A stretch of 64,000 nucleotides of DNA, taken from the NCBI GenBank assembly GCA_002327235.1, contig DCUX01000046.1, positions 4,032 through 68,031 on the forward strand, written 5' to 3'. Origin of the DNA: Firmicutes bacterium UBA2203. Its GTDB lineage: Bacteria > Bacillota > Desulfotomaculia > Desulfotomaculales > Nap2-2B. The translations under genes and the position numbers were made by a program. The notes beneath the pieces are model-generated. The model had not been told where the DNA came from, did not search any database, and worked only from the letters and a program-made list of their open reading frames with translations. Shown piece after piece: positions 8,918 through 18,248 of the stretch (positions are counted from its first letter, which is position 1; every line of letters begins with the position of its first letter).

Positions 8918-9090
8918 TAACGCTTAACAATAATTTTATTTCAATCTATAATTTCTTAAAATTTTACGCCTACAAGTGTTTCTTGTCAATCAAGATTTCA
9001 GGGATTTCAAGGATTATGTTTTTCTTTCAAGACAAAAAATAGTAGTGAACAAAACTAAATTTCCATGCTACAATTTTATTAAGAAATAAT

Positions 9091-9122
9091 AAAGGTGCGC
9101 TTGATTAAAAGCGCACCTTTTT
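9091..9122. terminator. Bidirectional intrinsic terminator hairpin downstream of the SASP gene
   Basis: Perfect stem AAAGGTGCGC / GCGCACCTTT with A/T runs on both sides. Confidence 0.7.
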
Positions 9123-9126
9123 GCCC

Positions 9127-9309
9127 TTATTGCTGTCCCTGCGTCATGTTTTTTTCGGCCCGGGCGATGGCCAGGCGGACCAGGTTACCGCAATTTCGAG
9201 AAGAAACGCTTCCCCATCCTTCCTTGCGCACCACATCATCCACACCGAGCTCTTTGGCTAATTCATACTTCAGCCTCTCGGACATTAAGCCGCGACGCCT
9301 TCTTCTCAT
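9127..9309 (-). CDS. Alpha/beta-type small acid-soluble spore protein (SASP)
   Basis: 60 aa. The K(Y)E(L)AKELGV...GWGSVSSRNCGNLV motif is diagnostic. RBS GGAGGAAGG upstream. Confidence 0.9.
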   Translation of the reverse strand: MRRRRRGLMSERLKYELAKELGVDDVVRKEGWGSVSSRNCGNLVRLAIARAEKNMTQGQQ

Positions 9310-9509
9310 TAGCCTTCCTCCTTTTTATTAACGCAGGAACGGTCCGGGCAAGGCAATATTCTTTTTTCGAACGCATTATTAGTATTCCTTTAAAAAAAAG
9401 AAAAATGTCTGTTAAATAAATTTAAGTTTGTTATTAATTTTTAAAAAAATTATTTTTAGGTTTTTTCAAAGGGGTGTCTAGAGCTTAACCAAACACCAAT
9501 AAGGTCTTA

Positions 9510-9977
9510 CTACATTTTTACGGTTACGTTTCTTTCTTTTAGATACTGTTTGGCTTGTAAAATTGAAATTTCTCGAAAGTGAAAAATTGAAGCCGCTAAA
9601 ACTGCTGAAGCTTTACCAATTACTACAGCTTGATAAAGATGTTCTAATTTTCCTGCTCCTCCGGAAGCAATTACAGGGATATTAACTGCTTGGGCAACTG
9701 CCCTAGTCATTTCTAAGTCATATCCATCTTTGGTACCGTCAGCATCTTTGCTGGTAAGCAGTATCTCCCCTGCCCCTAGTTCCTCTACTTTTCTTGCCCA
9801 ATCAACAACATCTATTCCCGTACTTTCGTTTCCACCTTTAATTACCACTTCTAAGTAAGGAATATTGTTCCCCGGCGGATTTTTCTTTCCATCAATAGCA
9901 ACAACAATTTTCTCTTTACCAAACTTCTTTGAAGATTCTCTGATTAACTCGGGGTTCTTTACAGCAGATGAGATCAT
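9510..9977 (-). pseudogene. hisF: hisF-like imidazole glycerol phosphate synthase cyclase, C-terminal ~155 aa only
   Basis: The translation matches the C-terminal 60% of HisF (IVVAID..., [26 protein letters not shown]). The N-terminal ~100 aa are missing and are replaced by IS-derived sequence. Confidence 0.8.
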
Positions 9978-10367
9978 CTTTTCCCGGATTTTCTATGGTG
10001 TAGCGGTAGACTCGCCGCCGAAATTCGTACAAGGTGCGTTCGGCCAGATAGAGTTCACCGAGGTTACGTAGACCAACCGCATACATAACCTGGTAGTTAA
10101 AGCGAAACTGTTCGAGAATGTCTTCGTCGGGGTAATCTTTCATGTGTTTAAGGAACTCTAGGGAAAGCAGAATATTCACGGGGAAGTTGGGACGTCCGTT
10201 ATCCAAGCTGTACAAGTAGGAAAAAGGAGTCTCATCGATTTTACAAAACACATGCTCATAGAAAAGGGGGCCCAGGTTCCCTGCAAACTAGCTTGTATTT
10301 TGGGATTCATCGTCGAGTAACTGTTAAATAGTTCTGTTTGAAGGTGGTCTTTGTTTTCCCGAAACAT
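9978..10367 (-). mobile_element. IS1182/IS5-type (DUF772) transposase N-terminal remnant, frameshifted and truncated
   Basis: Two overlapping ORFs (10367-10176, 10251-9916) read MFRENKDHLQTELF...YSTMNPK... and FCKIDETPFSYLYS..GRPNFPVNILLSLEFLKH. About 130 of the ~450 aa expected remain. RBS AGGAGG upstream. Confidence 0.7.
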
Positions 10368-10591
10368 TTGAATCCTCCTAGAGCTTATTTGTTAGTTTAT
10401 CAGCAGATATCTCTTAATTTCTATAATATACTTCGATATTTAACCACATTTCTCCTGCTTCACCATGAACTAATTTTGGGTATTCTATGGGGTTTTTGCA
10501 GGGGAATCATAATTTTATTTAATTTAACTACCAAATTGAAGGTGATTAGTTTGCGTCCCGGGACAATGAAGATTTTCGTGATCTGAGCATA

Positions 10592-11310
10592 ATGAATCTT
10601 GAAAACGCCAAAAAAAATAAAACAAAAATTGTTGGCCTGTATTGCGCGTTTGCGCCCCAGGAACTTGTTCTAGCCGCGGGGGCTATTCCGGTAGGCCTTT
10701 GCGGGACAAAAAACGAGCCTATCGCGGCTGCTGAAAAGGTATTACCCCGCAACCTTTGTCCGCTAATTAAATCAAGCTTCGGATTTGCCATTACGGATAC
10801 ATGCCCTTTTTTCCGGCTTGCTGATTTTATAATTGCGGAAACCACCTGTGACGGCAAGAAAAAGATGTTTGAATTTTTGCGCCGGTATAAACCGATGCAT
10901 ATAATGCAGCTGCCACAGAGTTCAGACGGAATCAGGGCATTCGATTGGTGGCTGGCTGAGCTCTCGGTTTTGAAAATTAAACTGGAGGAGAATCTGGGCG
11001 TTGGGATTAGCGAAAATTCACTCCGGCAGGCTATTAAACTTGCCAACAGGGAACGGCGGACCATGAAGCGTCTCCATGAAATAAACAAAATCGATCCGGC
11101 TCCTCTGTCCGGTCTTGATCTGATGACAGCCCTCTGGTCTAATAACTTTACTGAAGACAAGGAAGAGGGTATCGAACTGGTTAACGGTTTAATTGGAGAA
11201 GCTGACGAAATTGCCGGCAACGGGACTTCGCCGTTTCCGAAAGGCACGCCGCGCATTCTTTTAACTGGCTGCCCTGTGGGCCTCGGGTCTGAAAAAGTTG
11301 TCATGCTGAT
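10592..11310 (+). pseudogene. 2-hydroxyacyl-CoA dehydratase / double-cubane-cluster reductase family protein, C-terminally truncated
   Basis: IVGLYCAFAPQELVLAAGAIPVGLCG...CPLIKSSFG...ETTCDGKKK fits the HgdB/YjiM-type family. The reading frame runs directly into activase sequence near 11305-11320. Confidence 0.6.
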
Positions 11311-11936
11311 TGAAAGGGGATATCGGTTTTATTGTGGGAACAGGTTATGGAAGGATATCTGTTCCCTTCATTGATCAAGCTGTTACGGAGATTACCTGTC
11401 ATGCCAAAGGGGCTCACTTTTTAGTGAAAGAAATTGACATGGTTATCGATATAGGCGGGCAGGACAGCAAGGTGATCGCCGTCGACCGTTTCGGCAATGT
11501 CACTGACTTTGCGATGAACGACAGGTGCGCAGCCGGGACGGGTAAGTTCCTGGAGGTAATAGCTGCCGCCCTAAGTCTGGACGTCAGTGAACTGGCCATG
11601 CTGTCCAAGAACGCCGATCCAATCCAGACAAGTAATATGTGTACTGTATTTGTCGAGTCGGAAGTAATCAGCCTGCTGGTGGAGGGAGTGAAGAGAGAGA
11701 GAATAATAGCCGGTATCCATCAGTCTGTGGCGGCCAGGGTGGCTGCTATGGCTGAAAGATTAGGCAAAGGTACCCATATTATATTTACCGGCGGAGTGGA
11801 AAGAAATGAGGGTGTGCGGGAGTTCTTGGGTAAAGAACTCGGGAGAGATTTGCTTGTTGTGCCGGAGTCGCAGATTGCCGGCGCCCTGGGAGCGGCTCTT
11901 CTTGCCCAGGAAGAAGTTAAACTAAAATCGCTGTAA
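11310..11936 (+). pseudogene. Acyl-CoA dehydratase activase (BcrA/BadF/HgdC ATPase family) lacking the N-terminal ~60 aa
   Basis: TGYGR...CHAKGA...IDIGGQDSKVI...NDRCAAGTGKFLE...TVFVESEVIS...IAGIHQSVA aligns from about residue 60 of HgdC. The ATP-binding GIDxGST start is absent. Confidence 0.75.
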
Positions 11937-11951
11937 ATTGGGGGGATACGG

Positions 11952-12206
11952 ATGGCGAAAGTGCAGGTTGAGTTTATCAATACCTGCCCGTCGTGCGACG
12001 GGTATGCGCGCATGATTGAAAGTGTGGCCGGCAAATTTGGCGCTGAGGTTGCCGTAAAGATATATTATACCGGCAAAGATATGGACTACATTCGGAAATA
12101 CGGAATGGTGACAAAAGGAACGATGATTATTAACGGCAAAAAGAGAATCGACAATATTACCAGATCGATTATTGAAAAAACTATCGAAGAAGAGCTGGAG
12201 CGATAA
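11952..12206 (+). CDS. Thioredoxin-fold small protein (redox-active disulfide protein-like, CPSC motif)
   Basis: 84 aa with N-terminal CPSC. Typical partner of the downstream ArsP-type permease. Confidence 0.55.
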   Translation: MAKVQVEFINTCPSCDGYARMIESVAGKFGAEVAVKIYYTGKDMDYIRKYGMVTKGTMIINGKKRIDNITRSIIEKTIEEELER

Positions 12207-12209
12207 GAA

Positions 12210-13142
12210 TTGATTTTGGGATTTATTAAGAATGTGCTTATTAACGCCTTTGAAATTTTAAACGGGGCTTCCCTGTGGCTTGTAATCAGCTTTATTCTTG
12301 CGGGACTGCTGCATAATTTTTTAAACGCCGGAAGACTCATGAACATGCTTGGGAATACAAAGATCTCTTCACTAATCAAGGCAACGGTAGCAGGAATGCT
12401 GCTGCCTATTTGCAGCTGCGGGGTGATCCCGCTCGGTTTGGGCCTTTATTACTCCGGGGCTTTTCTTGGACCGACTCTGGCTTTCATGACAGCCACACCT
12501 ATAATAAATCCTGCCGCTGTTCTTCTGGCCTATGGTTTTTTAGGACCTCAGATTGCCACCGTGTATCTTGTCTGCGGTTTAGTGATTCCTCTAATTATCG
12601 GGATGGCAGGAAATAGATTTGCCGGTCCGGAATTAAAAGTTCAGGACATTGAAGATGCTGTTGAGACAGTCAAGCTGGAAAATTCGCAGCGGCCGGGCCT
12701 GGCGGAGAAGCTGTGGTCTGGTTTGCAATGGGGATTTCTCGATCTTGGACTGACAGTGAGCAGGTACGTCTGTTTTGGAATGCTTCTTGCGGGTTTGATA
12801 ATTACACTTGTGCCCGCTGCTTTTATCCAAAAGTATTTGGGAAACCCCGGTCTGCTGTCAATCTTTAGTATAGCTGTTCTCGGGGGAATAATGTATGTCT
12901 GCGCGGTAGGCCATATCCCTTTTATCGCGGCGCTTGTGGCCAGCGGCGCCGCTCCAGGGTTGGCAATAACGTTTTTAATGACCGGCGCTGCTACCAATTT
13001 TCCTGAATTGATCAGTATTTACAAGTTAATTGGGAAAAGGGCCGCAGTAATTTATTTCTCGGTTCTGGTCGGTTTCTCTTTTTTGGCTGGTTACCTTACA
13101 AATGCACAAACTCATTCCCGGCCCCGGTTTCCAATCAGTTAA
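12210..13142 (+). CDS. Permease, COG0701/ArsP-like family
   Basis: 310 aa, multi-TM, with the LLPICSCGVIPL motif. The C-terminus may be altered (see rejected note on 13145-13291). Confidence 0.7.
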   Translation: MILGFIKNVLINAFEILNGASLWLVISFILAGLLHNFLNAGRLMNMLGNTKISSLIKATVAGMLLPICSCGVIPLGLGLYYSGAFLGPTLAFMTATPIINPAAVLLAYGFLGPQIATVYLVCGLVIPLIIGMAGNRFAGPELKVQDIEDAVETVKLENSQRPGLAEKLWSGLQWGFLDLGLTVSRYVCFGMLLAGLIITLVPAAFIQKYLGNPGLLSIFSIAVLGGIMYVCAVGHIPFIAALVASGAAPGLAITFLMTGAATNFPELISIYKLIGKRAAVIYFSVLVGFSFLAGYLTNAQTHSRPRFPIS

Positions 13143-13318
13143 TTTCATTCAGGGATATCGACCGCAAGTCTCCGGTTGAGTTCGTAGTCCAAGGAATGAA
13201 AGGCGCCAAGGTCGGCTATGCCGTATACAGGGTGGAAGGTGCCTTGCTCGAGGATCTTTTTGGCCGGGGAATGAAAGATTGCTGCTAAAACTTTCTAAAA
13301 AAGGAGATAGCTATAAAA

Positions 13319-14572
13319 ATGAAAAAACAAGGATGGGCTGTTTTAATCTTTGTGTGTATTCTTGTTCTTCTGGCAGGATGCTCGAGCAAGAAAACAGAAC
13401 AGAAGGAAACGTCCGTACAGGACAAGGACAAAGACTATATTATCCAGCTTGGTTATTATAACTGCGACCACATGACTGCCGCATGCGTGGCCAAGGACGC
13501 AGGTATTTTCGAACAATTGGGATTAAAAGTGAATGTGACCGGTAACGGAAACGTCCCGGAAGCCATGGCCGCCGGCAGGATGGACGTGGGCTACATCGGG
13601 ACGGAAGGTCTGATGAGGGCATATCTAAAAGGCTCTCCCATTTTTGTGGCGGCGAACAACCACCTGGGCGGCTCTTTTTATCTTGTTGCCTCAAACAAAA
13701 TCAAGGACACCAGAGGCCTGGTAGGTAAAAAGGTGGCGCTGGGCTCGGATCCGGAAAAGACTAATTCATCCTGGATTCAGATCGCCAACAACGCCGGTAT
13801 ACCTGCGGCCGGGGCAAAATACGAGGTCTATGATATGGATTTGAAAAATAGATTTTTAAGCTTGAAATCCGGGAAGATTGATGGTTATCTCACTTGTGAC
13901 CCATGGGCTTCAATGGCTGAATACGATAAATGCGGCCATATTGTTCAGGCGTTGGGAAAACTGCCGGACGGGGACTGGGGTTCCTGTTGTGTATATTCAA
14001 TGAACAAGAATTTTGCCGAAAATCATCCCGAACTGGCCCAAAAAATGATCCTGGCCCATACAAAGGCGCTGGAGTACATCTATACTAATCCTGTCAGCGC
14101 GGCGAAGATCTTTTCGGCCAACTACTTCGTGCCTGAAGAAGTAGCAATGATGACCATTTACGAAAAGACTGCCGGTGAGGGAAGGACCCTGACGTGGAAA
14201 GTCGATCCTAAAAAATTCACTGACGAAATAAACTACGAATTGAGAGTCAAGACTTTCGACAAAGCTCCGAACGCCTACGAAAAAGGAGCGGTTGACGCTG
14301 TTGTGACGGACGCAATTGATGCGCTGTTTCTTAAAGGCGATAAAAAGGCGCTGTCCGTCCGGGATGAAGATGCGGTTACATACACATTGGTGGTCCGAAA
14401 AAGCTTTAAAAAAGATCCCCACTATAAGGAGTTTACCAGATTATATCAAGAGGCGGTTCAGGAACTGAACCGTCCCGAAATAATCCAGAAGGAAATCAAC
14501 AGGTACAAAAAGAACCCGGCTTCAGGGGAAAAGGCGGATGAATGGATCAGGTGGGGGATAAAATTTATTTAA
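13319..14572 (+). CDS. ABC transporter substrate-binding lipoprotein (NMT1/THI5, sulfonate/nitrate/taurine-type)
   Basis: 417 aa. Lipobox LLAGCSS. NMT1-like core plus about 90 extra C-terminal residues. Confidence 0.7.
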   Translation: MKKQGWAVLIFVCILVLLAGCSSKKTEQKETSVQDKDKDYIIQLGYYNCDHMTAACVAKDAGIFEQLGLKVNVTGNGNVPEAMAAGRMDVGYIGTEGLMRAYLKGSPIFVAANNHLGGSFYLVASNKIKDTRGLVGKKVALGSDPEKTNSSWIQIANNAGIPAAGAKYEVYDMDLKNRFLSLKSGKIDGYLTCDPWASMAEYDKCGHIVQALGKLPDGDWGSCCVYSMNKNFAENHPELAQKMILAHTKALEYIYTNPVSAAKIFSANYFVPEEVAMMTIYEKTAGEGRTLTWKVDPKKFTDEINYELRVKTFDKAPNAYEKGAVDAVVTDAIDALFLKGDKKALSVRDEDAVTYTLVVRKSFKKDPHYKEFTRLYQEAVQELNRPEIIQKEINRYKKNPASGEKADEWIRWGIKFI

Positions 14573-15342
14573 AAGAAAAAACAAGCTGGCGAATATTGGA
14601 TAAGGCGCTGTGCAGGCTGCTTATGATAGCTGCGCTTTGTTTTGTCTGGCAACTGGCCGCCAACCACTACCACAGCGAGCTTTTGCTGCCCACCCCCTGG
14701 AAAACGGCATTAGCTTTAGCTTCAGCAGTTCATGATCCGGAAGTGATCAAAAATCTGATTATAACATTAAAAAGAGTCTTGACGGGCCTTGGATTTGCTC
14801 TTGCCGCCGGGTTGCCCATAGGATTTTTGATGGGCTATTCTCAAATTGCGATGCAACTTTTTGATCCCTTAATCGGTTCAGTCAGGCAGGTCCCGATAAT
14901 GGCCTGGGTACCTTTGACAATTGTCTGGTTTGGCCTGGGCGACGGTCCGACGGTATTCTTAATTGCTTTTGCGGGTGTTTTTCCCATTATTTTGAATACA
15001 ATTGCCGGAGTGCGGAATATTTCCAAAAACTATTACAATGCGGCTCACAGTATGGGCGCCGGTCCGTGGAGCATTTTTGCCAATGTTATTGTGCCGTGTT
15101 CTCTGCCGGATATCCTGACCGGGGGCAGAATTGCCGTCGGTTTAGGGTGGATGTCCGTAATATGAGCGGAATTTATTGCGACGAGTGCCGGTTTCGGCTA
15201 CTCCATGGTGGAGGCCCAGACAAGAATGCAAACAGATCTTTTGATAGCGCTGATGATTATGGCGGCTCTCGTGGGGTATGGCATCGACAGGATAATCCTG
15301 GCTTTAGAGAAAGTAATAACTAAATGGAGGTTTGTCCATTAG
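14542..15342 (+). pseudogene. ABC transporter permease (SsuC/TauC-type) interrupted by an in-frame TGA
   Basis: The frame reads ...GLGWMSVI-TGA(15163-15165)-AEFIATSAGFGYSMVEAQ...KWRFVH. Both parts are in the same frame and together form a complete permease. Confidence 0.8.
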
Positions 15343-16176
15343 TGGAGCTTAAGGTCGAGAAGATCAGCAAAGTGTTTCATAGCAACGGAAATATAAACAC
15401 AGTCCTGAAAGAAGTCAGTTTTACCATACGGGAAGGTCAGTTTGTCACTCTTTTGGGCCCGTCCGGGTGCGGGAAGACAACCCTTTTAACCATCATAGCA
15501 GGTTTCCAGAAAGCTTCCGGCGGAAGGATTCTTCTAAATGACCAGGTTGTTCAAAAGCCCGGGTCTGACAGGGGTTTTGTCTTTCAGGATTACGCTCTGT
15601 TTCCCTGGATGACGGTCAGGGAAAATATACTGTTTCCTATGAAACAAAAAGGAGTTCCCAAAAAAGAGCGTGAAGAACGTATGGAGGAACTTCTGGCTAT
15701 GGCGCGGCTTGAAGGCGTAGAACGGCTATATCCCAGTCAGCTTTCCGGCGGGATGAAGCAGCGGGCGGCTTTTATCAGGGCTTTGGCCGGCCGGCCGGCC
15801 GGAAGTGCTGTTGATGGATGAACCGCTTGGAGCGGTTGATTTTCAAATGAGAAAGGCGCTTCAGGAAGAACTGGAAACCTTGTGGAGCAAGAATAAGAAA
15901 ACCGTCTTGATGGTAACTCATGATGTTGATGAGGCTGTCTACCTCAGTGACCGCGTAATTGTTCTTTCCGCCTGGGAGGGAAGAATCTTAGAGGATCTGG
16001 CTATTACAATGGACAGGCCCCGGGACAGACAGTTGAAAGAGTATCTTTTCAATAAAGGATTTTTAGAGGATTTACTTAAAAAAGTTAAAGGAGGCCAGAA
16101 TAATGAAAGTCGCTTACGTTTTCAGCTCGACGAACTCTCAAAAAATATTGGACAAAATGATTATTCCCCAGCTTGA
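15342..16176 (+). pseudogene. ABC transporter ATP-binding protein with frameshift in a (GGCC)n run
   Basis: Walker A GPSGCGKTT, signature LSGGMKQR, then ...RALAGRP / frameshift / LLMDEPLGAVD. (GGCC)x4 lies at 15785-15800. One repeat unit fewer restores RALAGRPEVLLMDEP. GTG start overlaps the permease stop (TAGTG). Confidence 0.85.
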
Positions 16177-16261
16177 GAATCAAAGGCACGGAGCGGATGT
16201 ATTGGGTATGTTTTTCTTTATGGATAATACCTTTGCTCCAAGCTCATGTTGTTTTAAATAG
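16103..16261 (+). pseudogene. DsrE/DsrF-like sulfur-relay protein, N-terminal ~45 aa only
   Basis: The 52-codon ORF MKVAYVFSSTNSQKILDKMIIPQLENQRHGADVLGMFFFMDNTF... follows RBS AAAGGAGG. The family is normally ~115 aa. Confidence 0.45.
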
Positions 16262-16292
16262 ACAAACCGAAAAAATAAAGGGAGGAAAGCAG

Positions 16293-16930
16293 ATGAATAA
16301 AAACTTGGATTGCCGGGGGTTAGCGTGTCCCCAGCCTGTAATAAACACTAAAAAGCGCTGGAAGGAATAGAACAGGGGACCGTTCTAACCGTTATCGTTG
16401 ATAATCAGACTGCGAATGAAAATGTTGCCGCTTTTGCCGAAAATTCAGGTTGCAGTGTGGACGTAAAGGAATCTGGCGGTGATTTCATATTGGAGATAAC
16501 TGCAAAAGATAAATCCGGGGATTTGCAGCGCAGTGCTGAATGTAGTCAAAAAGTGGAAAGCGTTTATCAAAAAGACCAAGCTTACCTGATTAGTACAGGT
16601 CAGGTTTATCTGATCACAACCAACTCGTTTGGACAGGGTTCCCCGGATTTGGGCGAGGTGCTGATGAAGAGTTTCTTTACTGCTTTAATTGAACAGCCGT
16701 GCCCGGAATCTTTGATTTTTATAAACTCCGGAGTTTACCTGACAACCGAAGGCTCGCCGGTAATCGAACAATTGAATTCCCTGGTCAAAAAGGGCGCGCA
16801 GGTTCTATCCTGCGGCACATGCCTGAATTATTACAAGCTTACGGAAAAACTGCTTGTCGGAAAGGTCAGCAACATGTTTGAAATACTTGAACAGCTTACC
16901 AAATCCGGTAAAGTTATTAATATAGCCTGA
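16293..16930 (+). pseudogene. yedF: YedF-type sulfurtransferase-like selenium metabolism protein (TusA-like N-domain + DsrE-like C-domain), frameshifted
   Basis: N-terminal MNKNLDCRGLACPQPVINTKK (CPxP TusA motif). A -1 frameshift in the A5 run at 16350-16354 restores ...KKALEGIEQGTVLTVIVDNQ... continuing into ORF 16457-16930. Confidence 0.7.
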
Positions 16931-17080
16931 CAGGCGATCTCAAAGTACCGCCAATTACAGCTGCGATCAAACGGAACTAAAGCCGCGCTAACTAAAGTAA
17001 ATTTATTTAAGGATTGCCGCCTGTGCTGTTTTTATATAAAATATAGATTAAATAAGGAAAGAATCTTTGGAGGTAATCAC

Positions 17081-17545
17081 ATGGCGGGAAAAATGTTGGC
17101 TAAAGATATAATGACCAAAGAGGTCATTACAGTTAATGAAGATGATACAATAGAAAAAGTTGCCCAACTGATGCTGAAATACCATGTCAGTGGCATGCCC
17201 GTAGTCGACAGTGAAGGAAAACTAACCGGCGTCATCAGTGAGGGCGACTTGGTAATTCAGGATAAGGAAATAAAAGCGCCGGTAATGACTGTTTTTCTCG
17301 GAGGCGTTATTTATTTGGAAAACCCCGGCCGTTTCAACAAAGAATTAAAACGCATTATTGCTCTCAAGGTTAGCGAGTTAATGTCCAAGAAGGTGTATTC
17401 TGTCGGGCCGGAAGACCCGATTGAAAAAGTAATCAAAATTATTTCGGAAAAAGAAGTCAATCGTGTCCCGGTAGTGGATGAAAACAAAAGACTACTGGGA
17501 ATAATCAGCCGCCAGGATATTATCAAAGCCACACATTCCCGGTGA
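17081..17545 (+). CDS. CBS domain pair protein
   Basis: 154 aa with two CBS repeats (IMTKEVITV...MPVVD; LMSKKVYSV...VPVVD). Confidence 0.85.
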   Translation: MAGKMLAKDIMTKEVITVNEDDTIEKVAQLMLKYHVSGMPVVDSEGKLTGVISEGDLVIQDKEIKAPVMTVFLGGVIYLENPGRFNKELKRIIALKVSELMSKKVYSVGPEDPIEKVIKIISEKEVNRVPVVDENKRLLGIISRQDIIKATHSR

Positions 17546-17658
17546 GTTTGTTGCTTATAAAAACAGCGGTATTCTTTAAAAACAGCAGCCCTGCAAATTT
17601 TTTGCGGGGTTTTGACATTTTATACTTTTTTTTAAAAAAGGAAGTTGACCCAGGAGTG

Positions 17659-18235
17659 ATGAATATTCTAAGTAAAAAAGAAGTGGATGTAAACAGGATG
17701 AACAGCGGGGACATTTTGGGGTACAGGTGCCCTGTATTGTAATACTATTTCCTCTAAAGAAGCCAATAACTGCATAGAGTGCGGCCACTGGCTTTTTGAC
17801 CTCAATTTTCCCGGTACGCCAATTTACCGGGAGGGATATTTGGATGAGATTGAAGGAGAGAAAAAACCGGCATCCAAATATCTTGTTGCGCTTGTTGCCG
17901 TTATTCTTTGTGTTGTTATTTTCGCTTCGTTAATCAATATTCCCGATAATAACGTGTCAGCTTTCCTGCCAATTTCTGAAGTGCGGCAGTCTGTAGAGCC
18001 GCTTTCCTTTAACGAAAAGAGCGTAAGTAAGGCTTTTACCTGGAGTTACCAGGGAGTTGCGTATAGCTGGAATATAGGTATTCCCGCAGATTTGCTCGAA
18101 TACAGCAAAAATATAAAAGATATCGTTCAGAAGTATTATGAAAGCGACGGCGCTGAACAAAGAGCCATTTTTATAAGGTCCGACGCCAACCTGAGAAGTT
18201 TTAATCAGTTCTTTAAGGACAACTTCAAACGGTGA
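17659..18235 (+). pseudogene. Zinc-ribbon + single-TM protein, frameshifted near 17734-17738
   Basis: Frame A reads ...GYRCPVL*. Frame B continues YCNTISSKEANNCIECGHWLF...KKPASKYLVALVAVILCVVIF. Removing one T gives CPVC...CIEC. The N-terminus is uncertain (ATG 17659 or 17698). Confidence 0.45.
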
Positions 18236-18248
18236 TTTATCCCCCTGG

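Noticed and set aside
9310-9420. Sigma-G-type promoter upstream of the SASP gene
   Set aside because: It is expected biologically, but I could not place a convincing GHATA-N17/18-CATNNTA match by eye.
10546-11304. 252-aa minus-strand ORF, together with similar long antisense ORFs (12641-12997, 13997-14422, 21463-21783, 27424-27753, 55654-56037, 61728-62144, 38853-39245)
   Set aside because: Each lies entirely antisense to a recognisable gene and has a low-complexity, family-less translation. They are shadow ORFs.
13145-13291. Open frame after the ArsP-like permease (…IDRKSPVEFVVQGMKGAKVGYAVYRVEGALLEDLFGRGMKDCC*), possibly a displaced C-terminal segment
   Set aside because: It looks coding, but I cannot link it to a family or show a frameshift junction with the permease. 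Left unannotated.
15163-15165. In-frame TGA as selenocysteine
   Set aside because: It is a transmembrane permease core position that normally holds a small aliphatic residue. I saw no obvious stem-loop immediately downstream. The adjacent ATPase is also inactivated. It is kept only as a low-interest item to exclude formally.
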